Source: Octopus sinensis (taxonomy: Eukaryota). Taken from it: a DNA stretch of 64,000 bases. This document shows, piece by piece, positions 38,045 to 53,171 of the stretch. The notes under the pieces are model-generated. The model did not search any database. It was not told the DNA's origin and saw only the letters and a list, made by a program, of their open reading frames with translations. The first letter of the stretch is position 1, and the number at the start of each line of letters is the position of its first letter. The DNA lies in contig NC_043003.1 in assembly GCF_006345805.1 (NCBI RefSeq), positions 113,150,001 through 113,214,000 of the forward strand. The letters run 5' to 3'. The translations under genes were made by a program, and so were the position numbers.

Positions 38045-39170
38045 TAGTGTTGCCGACTTAAAATCACAAATTTATGCTAAATTTCAATAGAAAAATTCCC
38101 AAAAAAATGCTTTAAAATCCTTAATAATAAGAAAAAAATGCTAAAGACTAATTATATCAAAAAGCTTAAGTTTTACTTATATTTTGATTTACTTTCTTTA
38201 ATTATATTCAGCATTGAGAAATAATCTCTTGAATTTCACAGATTTGATCCCTTCCAGCTGCAGTGCCTAGGTATTGACTTCTGTATAAATTCAAGGTCCC
38301 AATCTTATTAATCATGTGTTTTGGAATATCGAAGTTTTTGCAACATTTGCCATATCTTTTCAGGCCATATTCTATAGACAGTATTAATCTAAGCATAGGA
38401 AGACGCATTTTGTTTTTCAATTTTGATTTGATTACTCCCATACTACTGAACAACAATTCAACTTCTGCATTTGAGTTTGTCAATGTCAATAAATTAAGGG
38501 CAAAATTTGCAACATCTCTAAAAGGATTTCCCCCACTAGCATCTTTATATTCCAAGACATCCAGCCAGAATGCCTCGGTATTAGATGTATTTGTCCTTTT
38601 AACTAATTTCAATTGAATCACTTTTTTTCTTTATTTAAATGCATTGCTTCTAAGACAGGTAAAATTGGCTCCTTGAAAACCATTGATAGTATAGGCATGA
38701 ATGAGCTTCTGCCGGTAGCTACACAGATTCCCTTTCTGAAGATGTGATGTTGTAGTTGAGTTATTTCTCTGGAGGTTTTATATCTTAAATTACTTTCCAA
38801 GAAGCTTTTCTCTAACCCTCATCATGTTATCGTTTTTACGTATGTAGATCTGAACCATGTAAGGACTTCAACGTTTCATTATTTGTAGATGTTGAAAGGA
38901 TATGATTCGACTTTTAAATACTTTTGGATCGTCGTCAAGCCTCTTCTGGTTCGTTTACATTTTAAGGACAGGTTGTCTTACATTCCCGTTAATGTGTAAA
39001 GTCTCTGAACATTTTAACAACTTTTGGGCTTTAACTTCAATAACCCGCTTTTCATCTAGCATCCAATCATTTAGCCCAAATTTTAGTATAGGTACTGGCA
39101 TAGCAAAAGCATCGTCGGAAACATTCTCCAGTGGTTTCAAAGTTTCGGCCAGATAAACCATCGTCCGACT
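38045..39170 (-). pseudogene. Internally deleted hAT transposase remnant
   Basis: 38208-38621 encodes FWLDV...NPFRDVANFALNLLTLTNSNAEVELLFSSMGVIKSKLKNKM (hAT C-terminal dimerisation domain). The upstream fragment LKPLENVSDDAFA resembles an N-terminal zinc-finger region. Possible terminus TAGTGTTGCC at 38045. Confidence 0.75.
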
Positions 39171-40186
39171 GCCTTGTTTAAGAATAACAAATTTGTACTC
39201 TATAAAACCTTTCAGATTAACGTCAATTTGTTTTTGTTATAACTGAACATAAATAACAAGCAGTAATATATACTAGGATATAGATAATTATATATGCTCA
39301 TATGTATTTACGTGTGTGTGTGTGTGCGTATGTGTGTGAGAGTGTGTATAGTTGTACACACACACACACACACACATATTTGCATATCTGTATGTGCGTA
39401 TATTACTATTTTGTTTATTTCTATATATTTCGTTTCACAACCCATTCACGGTAGATTAGAATGGGAGAGAAGACTTCTTCCACATTATCATCATATCGAG
39501 TAAATGTAGAGTAAAGTTAAAATAAATTCAAGGTTGTCATTAACGAGATCAATTCCGAAAGATTCTAGGATTTGTGGGGGTGCGGATATATTGTGGCTGT
39601 TGATCTTGTGATTTAAGGCATTGTCCGTGTGATGAATGATTCACCCACTTCACACGATTAGAAAGATAAAATACAAATTTTGCTGTTCCTCATACGTTTG
39701 CTGTTCAACACAATTCTGCTCTTCTCATCTGAGACATGAACATCAAAAGCCTCGAACACATCACCAGAAGTCTTTAAGACAAATTAAACCTTAGTTTGAT
39801 TTTTTTCCCATTGAACACAAAACTATTGCAGTGGGTGTGTTGTATGATTATGGATACTTACCTTGTCCAATATTGAAGCCAATAGGTTGTTCATGTCATC
39901 CTTATTGACTTCAGGTTTCCCACGCAATTATTTTCTTGCGAATTAGTTGCCAGTAAGCGTCAGCAACAAAACATTTAAAGCGATTTTATGATACCAGAAA
40001 AGTTGACATAAAGGTCTTATTAAGAGAGAATATTTCCCATGCAATAGAAGTAAATGATGATACTCGCCTAAGTTCTTTGATATTTCAAATAAACACTAGG
40101 AAGAGCTGCCTACAATTTTAGAAATTATAACTACCCTGCAAAACAGTGGAAACTAAAAGCTTAATTCCATAAACTGCATGCTCGTG

Positions 40187-40488
40187 TGTGGAGGCACATG
40201 GCCTAGTGGTTAGAGCAGCGGACTCGTGTTCGAGGGATCGCGGGTTCGAATCTCAGACCGGATGATGTGTGTGTTTATGAGCGAAACACCTAAGCTCCAC
40301 GCAGCTCCGGCAGAATGTAATGGCGAGACTTCTGCTGTACTCTTTCGCTACAACTTTCTCTCACTCTTTCCTCCTGAATCTTGCAGCTCACCTCCGATGG
40401 ACCGGCGTCCCGTCCAGATGGGGAACCTATACGCCAAGAAACCGGGAAACCGGCCCTAATGAGCCAGGCATGACTCGAGAAGGAACAA
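40187..40488 (+). mobile_element. SINE with family-A head/body and a different 3' tail
   Basis: tRNA-like head, CTGCTGTACTCTTT..CAACTTTCTCTCACTCTT body, tail GAAACCGGGAAACCGGCCC...GAGAAGGAACAA; 11-bp TSD GCATGCTCGTG (40176-40186, 40489-40499). Confidence 0.88.
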
Positions 40489-40918
40489 GCATGCTCGTGA
40501 TTCTTCACAGTAAAAAATCCAAACGGGATCTCCTCTACTCCGTTTGTGGTTACATTACACTTTAAAATTCTACTTTTGTGACTCATCAAAGTTTGCGCAT
40601 CAGGAGACCAATACAACATGTTTATGAGCATATTTGTTTTGTTGGCCCCAAATGAGTAGGGAAACCCTTAACGGTCAAAGGTGTGCTCATGTACAAGTGG
40701 ATGAAATATCCATGTTCGAGAATACACTCATATGGAGCCGCTGTTGATAAAGTCCATTTCCAAATTCTGTTCTATGTATGTCATAGAATATTTCAATCAA
40801 TTCTTATACATAGATACAAGGGCTCGTGAGCGAAAACTAATTTAACTGAAACAGACATATATAGGCAATAATCAAATTGACGACCGCCATGCCTTATGTA
40901 TGAACCTAGTAATGCGTA

Positions 40919-40955
<37 letters not shown>

Positions 40956-40956
<1 letters not shown>

Positions 40957-41179
40957 TAAGTAATTAAGAGTTTAGCAACGATTTGCCTCACCACACACCG
41001 AATTTAGAAATAGCAGTCAAAAAGTTATGGCTATTCTTTCTACTTAAAAGGGAGATCCCAGTAAAACCACAGCATGGGATCTCCTTTTTAAGTAGAAAGA
41101 ATAGCCATAACTTTTTGACTGCTATTTCTAAATTCGGTGTGTGGTGAGGCAAATCGTTGCTAAACCCTTAATTACTTAG
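40956..41179. repeat. Near-perfect inverted repeat (105-bp arms, 14-nt loop), TA-flanked foldback MITE-like element
   Basis: Arms 40956-41060 and 41075-41179 differ at only 2 positions by my reading; TA on both sides. Confidence 0.92.
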
Positions 41180-41265
41180 TATTACTTAAACCTTCCTTGA
41201 ATGGGGCTTTTACATGCCGAAATCTACTTGCTGAAATTAATGATTATTCCAGATTAATTAATTTC

Positions 41266-41300
<35 letters not shown>

Positions 41301-41553
41301 ATACAATATGTTACATTACTCGGTAGTCAAGATAAAACTCTGAGTTTCAGATGCCGAAGTGGAAATCCACAACACCATCTCTTCGGTTATCTGGCTATTT
41401 GAAAACGTTATGAAAAAATACCGTTAAAAATGAAGGGAAATTACTCTGTTATAACTCTGCTTTGCCTGCGTACTTATACATCGCTCGCATTTTCGTCATA
41501 AAAATTATATAAAAATACATAAAAATATATAAAAATATATAAAATCTTCTTTA

Positions 41554-41586
<33 letters not shown>

Positions 41587-41815
41587 AGTGTGTGTGTGTG
41601 TGCATGTTTCCATGTTTGCATATACACATGTATTTCTAAATTTTATTGTAAAATTCACTTTCTGACAAACAAAACCAGTTAATATACACGTCTGTGGCGA
41701 GGCATACTTGGATGTTCTTGCATTCGTTTGGTAGGCGTATATCTCTTCAGGATGCATGTATGCAAGCTGTTTATTATGCATGTATGCCACATGAATATAA
41801 GTGATATTATATATA

Positions 41816-41903
<88 letters not shown>

Positions 41904-42061
41904 TGGCCAGATTGGAGCAATCTCAAGATTAATCAGCCGAAATTCCGAGGATGATCTGGTTCTTGACTGAAGATTGAAGGCTTCGAATGTCCAGTCCGTT
42001 TTTTTGTGTCGTCATCAAAATGTCTGGTGTTCATGTCCCAGTTTGTATTTTTTATACATTG

Positions 42062-42153
<92 letters not shown>

Positions 42154-43153
42154 TTGCTATAAAACTCAAAAGAAATCTATTAGCAATGTTTTACAAAATT
42201 TCATCGTATCGTTAACTAAGAGGGGCTGAAAGATATAAATTCCAATCCGATTGTTTTGGACAATCCTAGTATTTTCAGATTTTATGTTCAGTGCACCAAT
42301 TATATCTATAGCTGGAATTTATGCGGTACTTCAAGAAAATATAAGTGCTGCAGACTTTTACCATAAATGTTCTTCTATCCACAATTTTACACAGGATATT
42401 TACAGTGGTTGGGTTGTTGAGCCGTGAAGCAGTCAACAACTTTAATTCCCATTGAACAATATTCACCCCGTTGCGTTTACACCGGTTTGTTGCTTTAATT
42501 CGAGAGTTCTACCTTCCAAATATGTAGGTAAATTGTTGTTCTGGTGTGCCTTTTCATCACTGTCAGATCATTTAATTAGGTACATACATCCATGCATGTA
42601 CGTAATCATATATGTACGTATATATATATATATATGTGCATGTATGAGTGTGTATATTTATTTATATGTGTGTTGATATATGTGTGCGTGTGTTTGCGTG
42701 TTGGCATGTATGTGTATGTGTATTTGTATATATGTGTGTATGTATATGTGTGTGTGTGTATGTATGTATATGTGTGAGTATGTATGTGTATGTATGTATA
42801 TATGTATGTATATATATATAAGCGATAGTCTTCTTATTTACCTAAAACTCTATTCAATTATTCTATTTATTCATTTATTTACTTTATCACTGATTCTTTT
42901 GACCACTCCCCTAAGAAAGACAGTTTGTGCCCTGCTTACCCAAAAAAATGTCCCCCACCACCACCCCATTAAACATGCCTAAATGTATAAATGCCAAAAC
43001 CTATTTTGACAGCAAGCTTCCTGATGATTTCATTTGAATGAAACAGTTCTAGTCCTGTAGAAGCTCCTTCTATAAAATAATTTAATTTACTCTGCTATGT
43101 ATTGAGTACCTTATTTACTGTGGTTAACCCCGACTCAACCCGGGACCTACATA

Positions 43154-43208
<55 letters not shown>

Positions 43209-43389
43209 ATATATATGTATATATATATATGTATATGTATACATATGTGTGTGTGTGTGTGTGTGTATTCTCTTTCTCTTTTTAATTTTGACCAGCCTCC
43301 GACTTGGTAGCAAACTTGTAAAGGTAAGTATCCTGATTTAACCGCCATCTTTTAAATCTTACGAAGATTCTTATAGTCCCAGATATCAT

Positions 43390-44390
43390 GATCATTATGA
43401 ATTAAGGATTTGCATTCTCTCCCCAAGATTCCAAGTTCAGCTATACTTTACTCCAGACGGGTTTGTATGTACCCTTTTGCTCCAATGATTATGGATATGA
43501 AGCTGAAACTGTATCTTGGGTACTGGATTTCTAAACCCCTTCTCAATAGTCCATAGATGTCATCTTTCTCTTGTATTTTTCAAACCACATTCGTGTCCAG
43601 AGGCCAGCCGAATTCCATGACCGAACATGACTTGTTTTTTGTTATCTCACACAACAATATCTGGCCGATTATATTTTTAGTTGGTAGATGCTTAAATTTC
43701 AGGTTTCACCAGTATTCTTTTGACCCATCGCCCTCAATATGGTCAACTTCGTTTATAGGTCTTCTCCTTTTTGTTATCCTATGGCCGTTCTGGCTAGCGT
43801 GTCATGGGATGATAATATCTGGAAAACGTTCTCTCACAGTTGGCAATAATGTGGTTGCTGTCTTCCATCTTGGTTTGCACAGCCTACATTTGTTGACTGT
43901 CAAAGTTTTTTTGCCTTTTATGTTGTAGGTAAATGGTGGGGATCTCTGGTTCTTGGATTGCATGATGTAGCCTTCAAAGTGGGATGCCATAAACTTATCG
44001 GTACTCCATGCCAAGCTGTTAACATGATCGGCCCCTTCTATGGTTTTTTGTGCTCTATTTACCCATCTACTATCTTCTCGGTTAACCGGTTCACTTTTTC
44101 CTTCTGTTGTTCTGATAAGTAGTTTTACTAATGCTCCTTGGGGAGAAATCTACATCAGTTCTTATCTCATATCTCTCCTCAAGTTCATTAGCTGTTTTAA
44201 TTATGTTATTGGTTGCGTGGTCACAAACTTGGGCAACATAGTAACAGCTCTCTTCCCCTTTTGCAGTGATGTTTCACTGTCACAATTCGTGCTTCATACG
44301 ACATTAGTTCAGATTTGAGACCACGTCCACCATCCTTGCGTGAGAAGCATAGCATGTCTACACCTCCATTGATGTTAAAGTTTCTGTAAC
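43390..44390 (-). pseudogene. Dong/R4-type LINE C-terminal remnant
   Basis: DMLCFSRKDGGRGLKS, NKCRLCK, and KYNRPDIVV (REL endonuclease motif); frameshifted. Confidence 0.75.
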
Positions 44391-45246
44391 ATTGAACGGT
44401 TTGTAATGTGTGTGTATGCATGTATGCATGTATGTGTGTATGTATGTATGTATGTATGTATGTGTGTGTGTATGCGTGTATGTATGTATGTGTGTGTGTG
44501 TGTATGTCTATCCGTCACTATCGAAAGAACAAATCCCTGTCAGTGAAATTTAAATCAGAGTAGAATCAAGTTGTGTGACGAATTGTAGGCAGGTCAAGAA
44601 TACTTTCCTTGCTACGTTTACTGACCGACTTTGCACAATGACTATTCTCTTTATTTACCTGAGACATTTCCTAATACAAGTAAATGCACTCAGCAATGAT
44701 TATACACACAAATGTAAGTTCTGAACCTGTACAAAAAAAAAATGGCAGATTTTGAAATTGTTTCCCTTTCAAGTTGTTCTTTATTGTCTCTTGTCAATTT
44801 AGTGTCAACATTCACTGACCAGTTGACATCAAAAACATTAAATACTTTTCTACTGAATTTGCTTCGGGAATGTTAACCAGAGTCTGCCATCCACTTATCG
44901 AACATTGGCAAGTACTAACTCACGGAACTCTAGGCTATTGAGTCAATCGGTGACTTCTGACGATTATTAATAAAGAAAATAAAAAGGTATTGATGCATAG
45001 ATTCATGTTTTGAGTTTTATTTTCATGTTGGAATCACGAAACCCCCCATCACCACACACACACACATGTCTAGTAGAAGTGGAAGTAGATAGATAAACAG
45101 ACAGACAGACAGACAGGTAGATAGGTAGATAGACAGACAGACAGATAGACAAACAGATAAATAGATAGATAGACAGAGAGAGAGACAGACAGATAGCTAG
45201 ATAGATAGATAGATAGATAGACAAACAGATAGACAGATAGATAGAC

Positions 45247-45692
<446 letters not shown>

Positions 45693-46419
45693 TAAACAGA
45701 CATAAATAAATAGATAGATTGATAGATAGACGGTGTCTAAATGGGCGAACGGACAAGAAAAGGCAAGGAAAATATCTTCTCTATTGAATATCGATCTGAA
45801 TATTTTGTGTTCGCATTCAATTATTCGTTCTTTCATGTGTGTGTTTGTGTGTGTAGTCTTGTTTGCGTATAAAGGGGTATAATGAGCATGTGTATGTGGG
45901 GAGGGCATGAGTGGAAGGAAGCATTTTTTTTATACATTTGTATGTTTGTATGTACGTATGTTAGTAGGTGTGTGTGTGTGTGTGTGTGTGTGCATTTTAT
46001 GTGCAATGCACTGATTCGGAAATTGCCCGATCACGCCCGTTCTCTAAAATATTCAATACCCCCCGGGGTTTCCGTCTATAAATAAGTAATAAGAGCTTAA
46101 TTTAGAGATAGTTCAGTTATACGCTCGCAGTAAGTGCTTTAGCGTTTATATTTTTGGGCGATCAGCTATTATAGAGGCGTAGGCGAGTGTGTGTGTGTGC
46201 GTAAATGTGAGTCTGTGAATCGGCGTGTGTATAATTTTAATATAGGGATGTAAAATGATTCCATTGGCTGACAATAAGTAGCACCTTCACTATACATCGC
46301 AAATATAACAATATCACATCTACACACGTACACGCGCGCACACACACATACGGCTCACTCCGTATTACTAAAGACCTATAAAGCATACACGTATGAGTCT
46401 GTATGTATTGACGTATATA

Positions 46420-46494
<75 letters not shown>

Positions 46495-46738
46495 AAAAGA
46501 GAGAAGAAATCTTGCTTCTTCATTTTTAGTCGAGCACGCTTCTAATCTGTCGCTGGGCCGACTTAAACATGTATATGTATACACACACTCATATACATAT
46601 ACTCATACATATACATTCTTACGTTCATACGATCATACAAACTGTTGTATGTGCATTTATGTATGCATATATTTATATATGCAAGTATGTTTATATCTAT
46701 ATATGCTTGTATTTATGTTGGTATGAATATATTTATAC

Positions 46739-46824
<86 letters not shown>

Positions 46825-47416
46825 GTATTTCAACGAATACATATATGTGTTTATATGTATATACATATTTACATATATAAATATGCACAGTCAGTGAATG
46901 TGCGCAGAGGGATATACATAAATGTGTGTATGCGTGTGTTTGCATAGAACTGCGAATATATCAGGATCTAATTGGCTTTGGTTTGATCGGCCCCGGCTTA
47001 GTGAGTCTCGCTTAACATCGTCCCAAGACACCGTTTGGATAGCAACACTGACAGCAATAATAACGTAAAGCGGAGATCGGTTTCAGGTGTTCACGCTACG
47101 AAAGACAATTCTAGCTCGTTACTTCCGACAGGATATGTTGTTGACTAAATCTGTCAAAGGTTCCAGAGTACAAGGCCACGGTTTTGTAGGTATTTGCACA
47201 CACACACGCACACACAAATAACTATTTATTAAAATGTTATGTATTGATTAGTCTTTCCTTGTTTGTTTTGCAAAATAGTGGTTTTGTCTCTAATAATATT
47301 TTATAATATTTTACTATAAAATTGGATTTAATCCTAAATCTGATTTTTCCCTGTAAATTTGGATTTATTCCTAATATTTATGATTATATATACATATATA
47401 TATATATATATAATAT

Positions 47417-47489
<73 letters not shown>

Positions 47490-48251
47490 GGTGGTGCTCC
47501 TACATGGCCGCAGCCAAATGACTGAAACAGTAAAAGGTAAAAGATACATACATGTACACACATGTGTGTGTGTATGTGTGTGTGTGCATATATGAATGGT
47601 GGCGAGAGTGTCTGCGCTTGGAGGTAAACTCCGAGTAGTTATGGAGTAAATCATCTGCTCTTTCCTACTCTTTACGTACATGGTTACAGTCAGATAAGAT
47701 GGTCTATATGTATATATATGTATATATATATCTATCTATATATATATAGATATATATATCTATATATAGATATATATATAGATATAATATATATATATAT
47801 ATATATATATTATAGATATATATTATACATATATATATAGATATATATATAGATATATATAAAGATATATATATACCTATATATATAGATATATATATAT
47901 ACATATATATATAGATATATATATACATATATATACATATATATACATATATATATATAGATATATATATATATACTATATATACATATATATATATTAT
48001 ACATATATATATACATCTATATATATATATACATATATATTATACATATATATCTATATATATATACATATATATATATATACATATATATATATCATAT
48101 ATATACATATATATACATATATTTATAAATACATATATATATATTATACATATATATACATATATATACATATATATATACGTATATATATATACGTATA
48201 TATATATATATACGTATATATATATATATACATATATACATATATACTATA

Positions 48252-48285
<34 letters not shown>

Positions 48286-48880
48286 AATATATTTATGTTT
48301 GTGTGTGTACATAAATTTTGATCTATATATCTATATCCACATGCATATATGATATAAAGTATTTAATGTATGTATATATGATTGTATGTGGCTGTGTGTG
48401 GCAATTTTACGTGTGTAGAATCTAATATAAGTATTCTTGTTCATATTCGTGACTCTAGGCTTAAATGCATTGACGATGCAGATGTGTGAATTGAGGCGTG
48501 TGTTAATTTGTGACTGCGTAGATGATTATATGCGCGCGCGTGTGTATGTGTGTACACGCGCGTGTGTATGTGTGTGCGACTGCGTGCCTCAGTAAACATG
48601 TATAAAGTATTCATGAACGGCAAGAGTATTTGCTAAAGTAGATACATGACTCATATAGTTAAGCTGACACAACACATCTGACCCTGTACACATACATATT
48701 ATATGAGGTGTATTGGTGTGTGTGTGAGAGAGAGAGAGAGTGTGTGTCTGTTTGAATGTGTGTGTAACATAATCATTAAATCTACGTTTGTCCCCTGAGT
48801 ATCGTCCACACTTTTATTTTACCAACAAAGTCTTTCTTTAAAGCAAAACAATAAGCCAAAGTAAAAACTAAAGAAATAAC

Positions 48881-49288
48881 AGGCGCAGGAGTGGCTGTGT
48901 GGTAAGTAGCTTGCTTACCAACCACATGGTTCCGGGTTCAGTCCCACTACGTGGCACCTTGGGCAAGTGTCTTCTACTATAGCCTCGGGCCGATCAAAGC
49001 CTTGTAAGTGGATTTGGTAGACGGAAACTGAAAGAAGTCCGTCGTATATATGTATACATATATACGTATTTGTTTGTGTATATGATTGTGTGTCTGTGTT
49101 TGTCCCCCACCCCCAACATCGCTTGACAACCGATGCTGGTGTGTTTACGTCCCCGTAACTTAGCGGTTCGGCAAAAGAGGCCGATAGAATAAGTACTAGG
49201 CTTAGAAAGAATAAGTCGACTAAAGGCGGTGCTCCAGCACGGCCGCAGTCAAATGACTGAAACAAGTAAAAGAGTAAAGAGTAAGAGT
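48881..49288 (+). mobile_element. SINE family C
   Basis: Full head, core and (AAAGAGT)n-like tail; matches 7749-8147. Confidence 0.9.
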
Positions 49289-50120
49289 AATTTAAATGAT
49301 AAAAGCCAGCTTAATGTTTGCGTAAAGGAGTGAGCAAGACATTTAAAATCAATGTCGCTCTGGTATTTTATGTTTTGGGAGATTCATTTTCCAGGGGCTT
49401 CCTGCGTTCGATGTAACTGACTGAGTTACTTTCCCTAAATTTTATTTTCTGCGTTTTCATTAGAAAACAAAATTTCCTTTGACACATCCGCAATCCGAGG
49501 AAATTTCTGGACACCGTCGGTCATAAGACGTTCGCGGGAGAGATTTATTTATGTAGCTTTCTTCACTCTTCACCGTTGTTATTCAACTCGTCTACGAGAG
49601 ATCCTCCGGATTTTTGTCTTTGGTTTGTTTTTGTTGTTGTTTTAAAACCAGCTATGGTGGATATGACCCTAACCTACATCCTCTGGGTGTGTGCCAATAT
49701 TTGTTACCGGTTTTGAATTATGCTATTATATAGCCATCATCGCCTACATGTGTGAAGCTTGTACTGACACAAATATCAATGTTACTGTGCTTACAACATA
49801 TGTATGCCAACAGGTAAACGTATTTCCCAGAACGTAGATGCTGTCATGTCAGAAATGGCAGCTGAAATTCTTTCCGAATATTCATCAAGAAATGAAAAGA
49901 AGGACCAGATGATATGACTGATGCAAACATTATTATGACGGCCATTATAACTGGAACAATTTTTATCGAAAGTAGATCATCTGTGGTAATTCAACTACGA
50001 ATATCCTACGAGTGAAAAGATATTTCATGTCAGGGTTTGGTACGCCTTTGTCGTTAGATCTAAGGCAAACCATCAATAACGACAAAATTCGTTCCCATCT
50101 TCTTAGATAAACTTCAACGT

Positions 50121-50285
50121 AGGCGCAGGAGTGGCTGTGTGGTAAGTAGATTGCTTTCTAACCACATGGTTCCGGGTTCAGTCCCACTGCGTGTCAACTT
50201 GGGCAAGTGTCTTCTACTATAGCCTCGGGCCGACCAAAGCCTTATGAGTGGATTTGGTAGACGGAAACTGAAAGAAGCTCGTCGA

Positions 50286-50346
<61 letters not shown>

Positions 50347-50564
50347 CCGGTTGGTCCTCCTAGCATTGCTTGACAACCGATGCTGGTGTGTTTACGTCCC
50401 CGTAACTTAGCGGTTCGGCAAAAGAGACCGATAGAATAAGTACTCTGGGCTTACAAAAGAATAGTCCCGGGGTCGAGTTGCTCGATTAAAGGCGGCGGTC
50501 TCAGCATGGCCGCAGTCAAATGACTGAAACAGTAAAGAGTAAAAGAGTAAAAGAGTAAAAGAGT
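50121..50564 (+). mobile_element. SINE family C
   Basis: Full head, core, internal (TA)n and (AAAAGAGT)n tail. Confidence 0.9.
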
Positions 50565-51960
50565 AGAATCTGGCAGATAAATGAAAGGAATAAAAACACT
50601 TCGATTCCTTTAGCACTGAATATATTAAGTTTGTTACATGAAAAATTTCAACAAAAATCCTTCTTGCGAATCAATTTTGTATAAAGTCCAGCTGCCTAAA
50701 CAGGAATAATCATCGCCTATCTTTTTTTTTTATGAATAATAAGAAATTACATGGTCTGCGTCTAGGTCTGTTATCTGAGTGCTCCTCTATTATTTGATAG
50801 CGATGATGACGGTTTTTCCGCCTAAATATAGAGTTCTGCATGAAACCAGTAAAATCTGAAAGTGTGTAGTGGCATGATAAATGCTCTCCTGCAATTGACG
50901 ATGGTTCCTCGCAATTTGAAGAGCTATTTGTCAACTCCACAAAGTTTCTGCTGCTGAAGGTAATGTAATATCCACTGTTGATAAACCTCTTGAAGTCAGA
51001 TGAACTTGGAGGCTGGAAAGAAATTAAATTTGTTGCCTCGATAGATATATCTCCGTATAAAAGGCATTATATATAAGACTTATTCTTCGACTGGTTTTCT
51101 GGTATCGTCCTTAATTGTCATCACTGCTATATTAATAATTATATGTGATTAATCTAATAGTTTAACAAACTTATGTATTCCAGTTATTTTAAAGTTCCGA
51201 AAGGGTACATTTTCCGAATCAACGAATGGCCACTGCACTCCTTATTCATTTCCAAATTGTAAGTGTACTACGTGGTTAGTGCTTATCTCTATTCTTTAAA
51301 TCAAAGGATGCTAAAAATATCAAATTTTCTCCGAATTTACCTTCTACAATCTTGGAAAGAAATGGACGTCTCAAATAATATAATCGTAGCTATGCAAAGC
51401 CCTGGCAAAAAGAAGGGATATATATTGCTGAAACGCCAAACATTATACGACTTACTGAGCGATAAAGAACCGAAATATATCATTACTTGATCAAAACAAA
51501 ACATAAAATGCGTTTAAATTAATTGTGTTGGATTTAGTTGACACAATTTATGAGATCTTATCTCTCTAGAATCAGCGACTATGCTTAGTCATTGATTATC
51601 GCACTCTTAAAGAACTACATTAAAATGTACCTCGTAACAGAAGTAAGGATAGTATTCGTTTTATCATAAAGAACTCAGCTAATATTGATCCTACGTACAA
51701 TATTATATACACATATTACGTTTCGCCGGGTTTAATATTACTGGATACGTAATATTACTGGATACCTACAAGGTCTCTGAGTAAACTCGAAGCGAAATAC
51801 GAATTGTGCTCTCTTTATTCACGAGCTCACTGGTCCTCGTTGACCCCTAATAATGGTAAAAGATCAATGTGATATACATATATGTGTGCGTGTGTGTAGA
51901 AAGAGAGAGAGAGAGAGAGAGACTGACAGACAGACAGACAGACAGACAAATAGATAGATA

Positions 51961-52301
51961 TGTTTCTTTATTAGCCACACAGGGCTGCATACAGACGGGA
52001 CAGATTACAAAGTAGAGCTTTTCTTTTTGGGGGAAAGAAGAAAAAAAAAAGTTGGGTAGGTTTTCGATCAAAAGGGATCGTAAAAGGGAAAGGAGAAGAA
52101 GAAAAAAAAAAGAAACAAGAGAAAAAAAACGATCAATAGGGATCGTGTATCACAGTGTCATGATGTAAGGTGTAAAGGGGGAAGCAGATAAGGTTTCTCC
52201 GTGGGAAGAAAAGCCTACGGAAAAGACCGCAGTAACCTCGGTCAATATTGTTACATGTTACCACATTTGTTTGCAAGTAGGTAACCCTCTGTTTTAAATT
52301 T
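51961..52301 (-). mobile_element. 5'-truncated 3' end of a Tx1-like element inserted in (GATA)n
   Basis: Same 3' terminus as 45324. The longer 5' part contains CTTTTCCGTAGGCTTTTCTTCCCACGGAGAAACCTT, similar to CTTTTGTAGGGTTTTTTCCACCGGGAACCTT in the 3' UTR of the large Tx1. Confidence 0.72.
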
Positions 52302-52417
<116 letters not shown>

Positions 52418-52902
52418 TAATACTGATAATAGACAATAAATATAGATAATTTGATAGACATTATGGAGTCAGCATCAGACAAATATGGCGGAAAATGATC
52501 CTGAATTTTATGAGTTGCTCTGAGTGCGACTTGAATTCTCCGACAGTGCTTTTGCGAAATTATCGAGACACAGTTTAAATGTGTCGATAACTTTATCTAT
52601 CAATGTATCTGTTGTAATTTATGTCTCACAACTTATGGTCTGTTGTTATAGCTGTGACCATCGCGTCTCTTCAGATCTATAGTTATCTAAGAATACATTG
52701 CTTAACGTATTCTATACGTTTCACAACGTGGATGCGGGAGTCTCCACAAGTAAAACCACGCCACCAGCATTGTTACACTGATATACACACATACATACAC
52801 ATATATATATATATGTATGTATATATATATATATATATATGTATGTGTATATATATATAGTATATATATATATATATATATCGATATATATATATGTATG
52901 TA

Positions 52903-52980
<78 letters not shown>

Positions 52981-53126
52981 GGCCTGCTCGCTTAGCCAGC
53001 GGGGTGGCGTCATTTAAGGCTAAAACAATGTGAAAGCGCATTGTGACCAGCGATGTGTAGCAACATATGGTCTGGTAGGTCATGTGATCATGTGATGTGA
53101 TATATATATATATATATATTTATATG

Positions 53127-53171
<45 letters not shown>

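Noticed and set aside
39854-39863. ATACTTACCT matching the U1 snRNA 5' end
   Set aside because: No U1 sequence follows. It is just a reverse-complement donor consensus, and the upstream minus frame is closed by stops without a good acceptor.
40188-40262. tRNA gene
   Set aside because: It is a SINE head: A/B boxes are present but there is no complete acceptor stem, and it continues into a SINE body with a TSD. The same applies to the other SINE heads.
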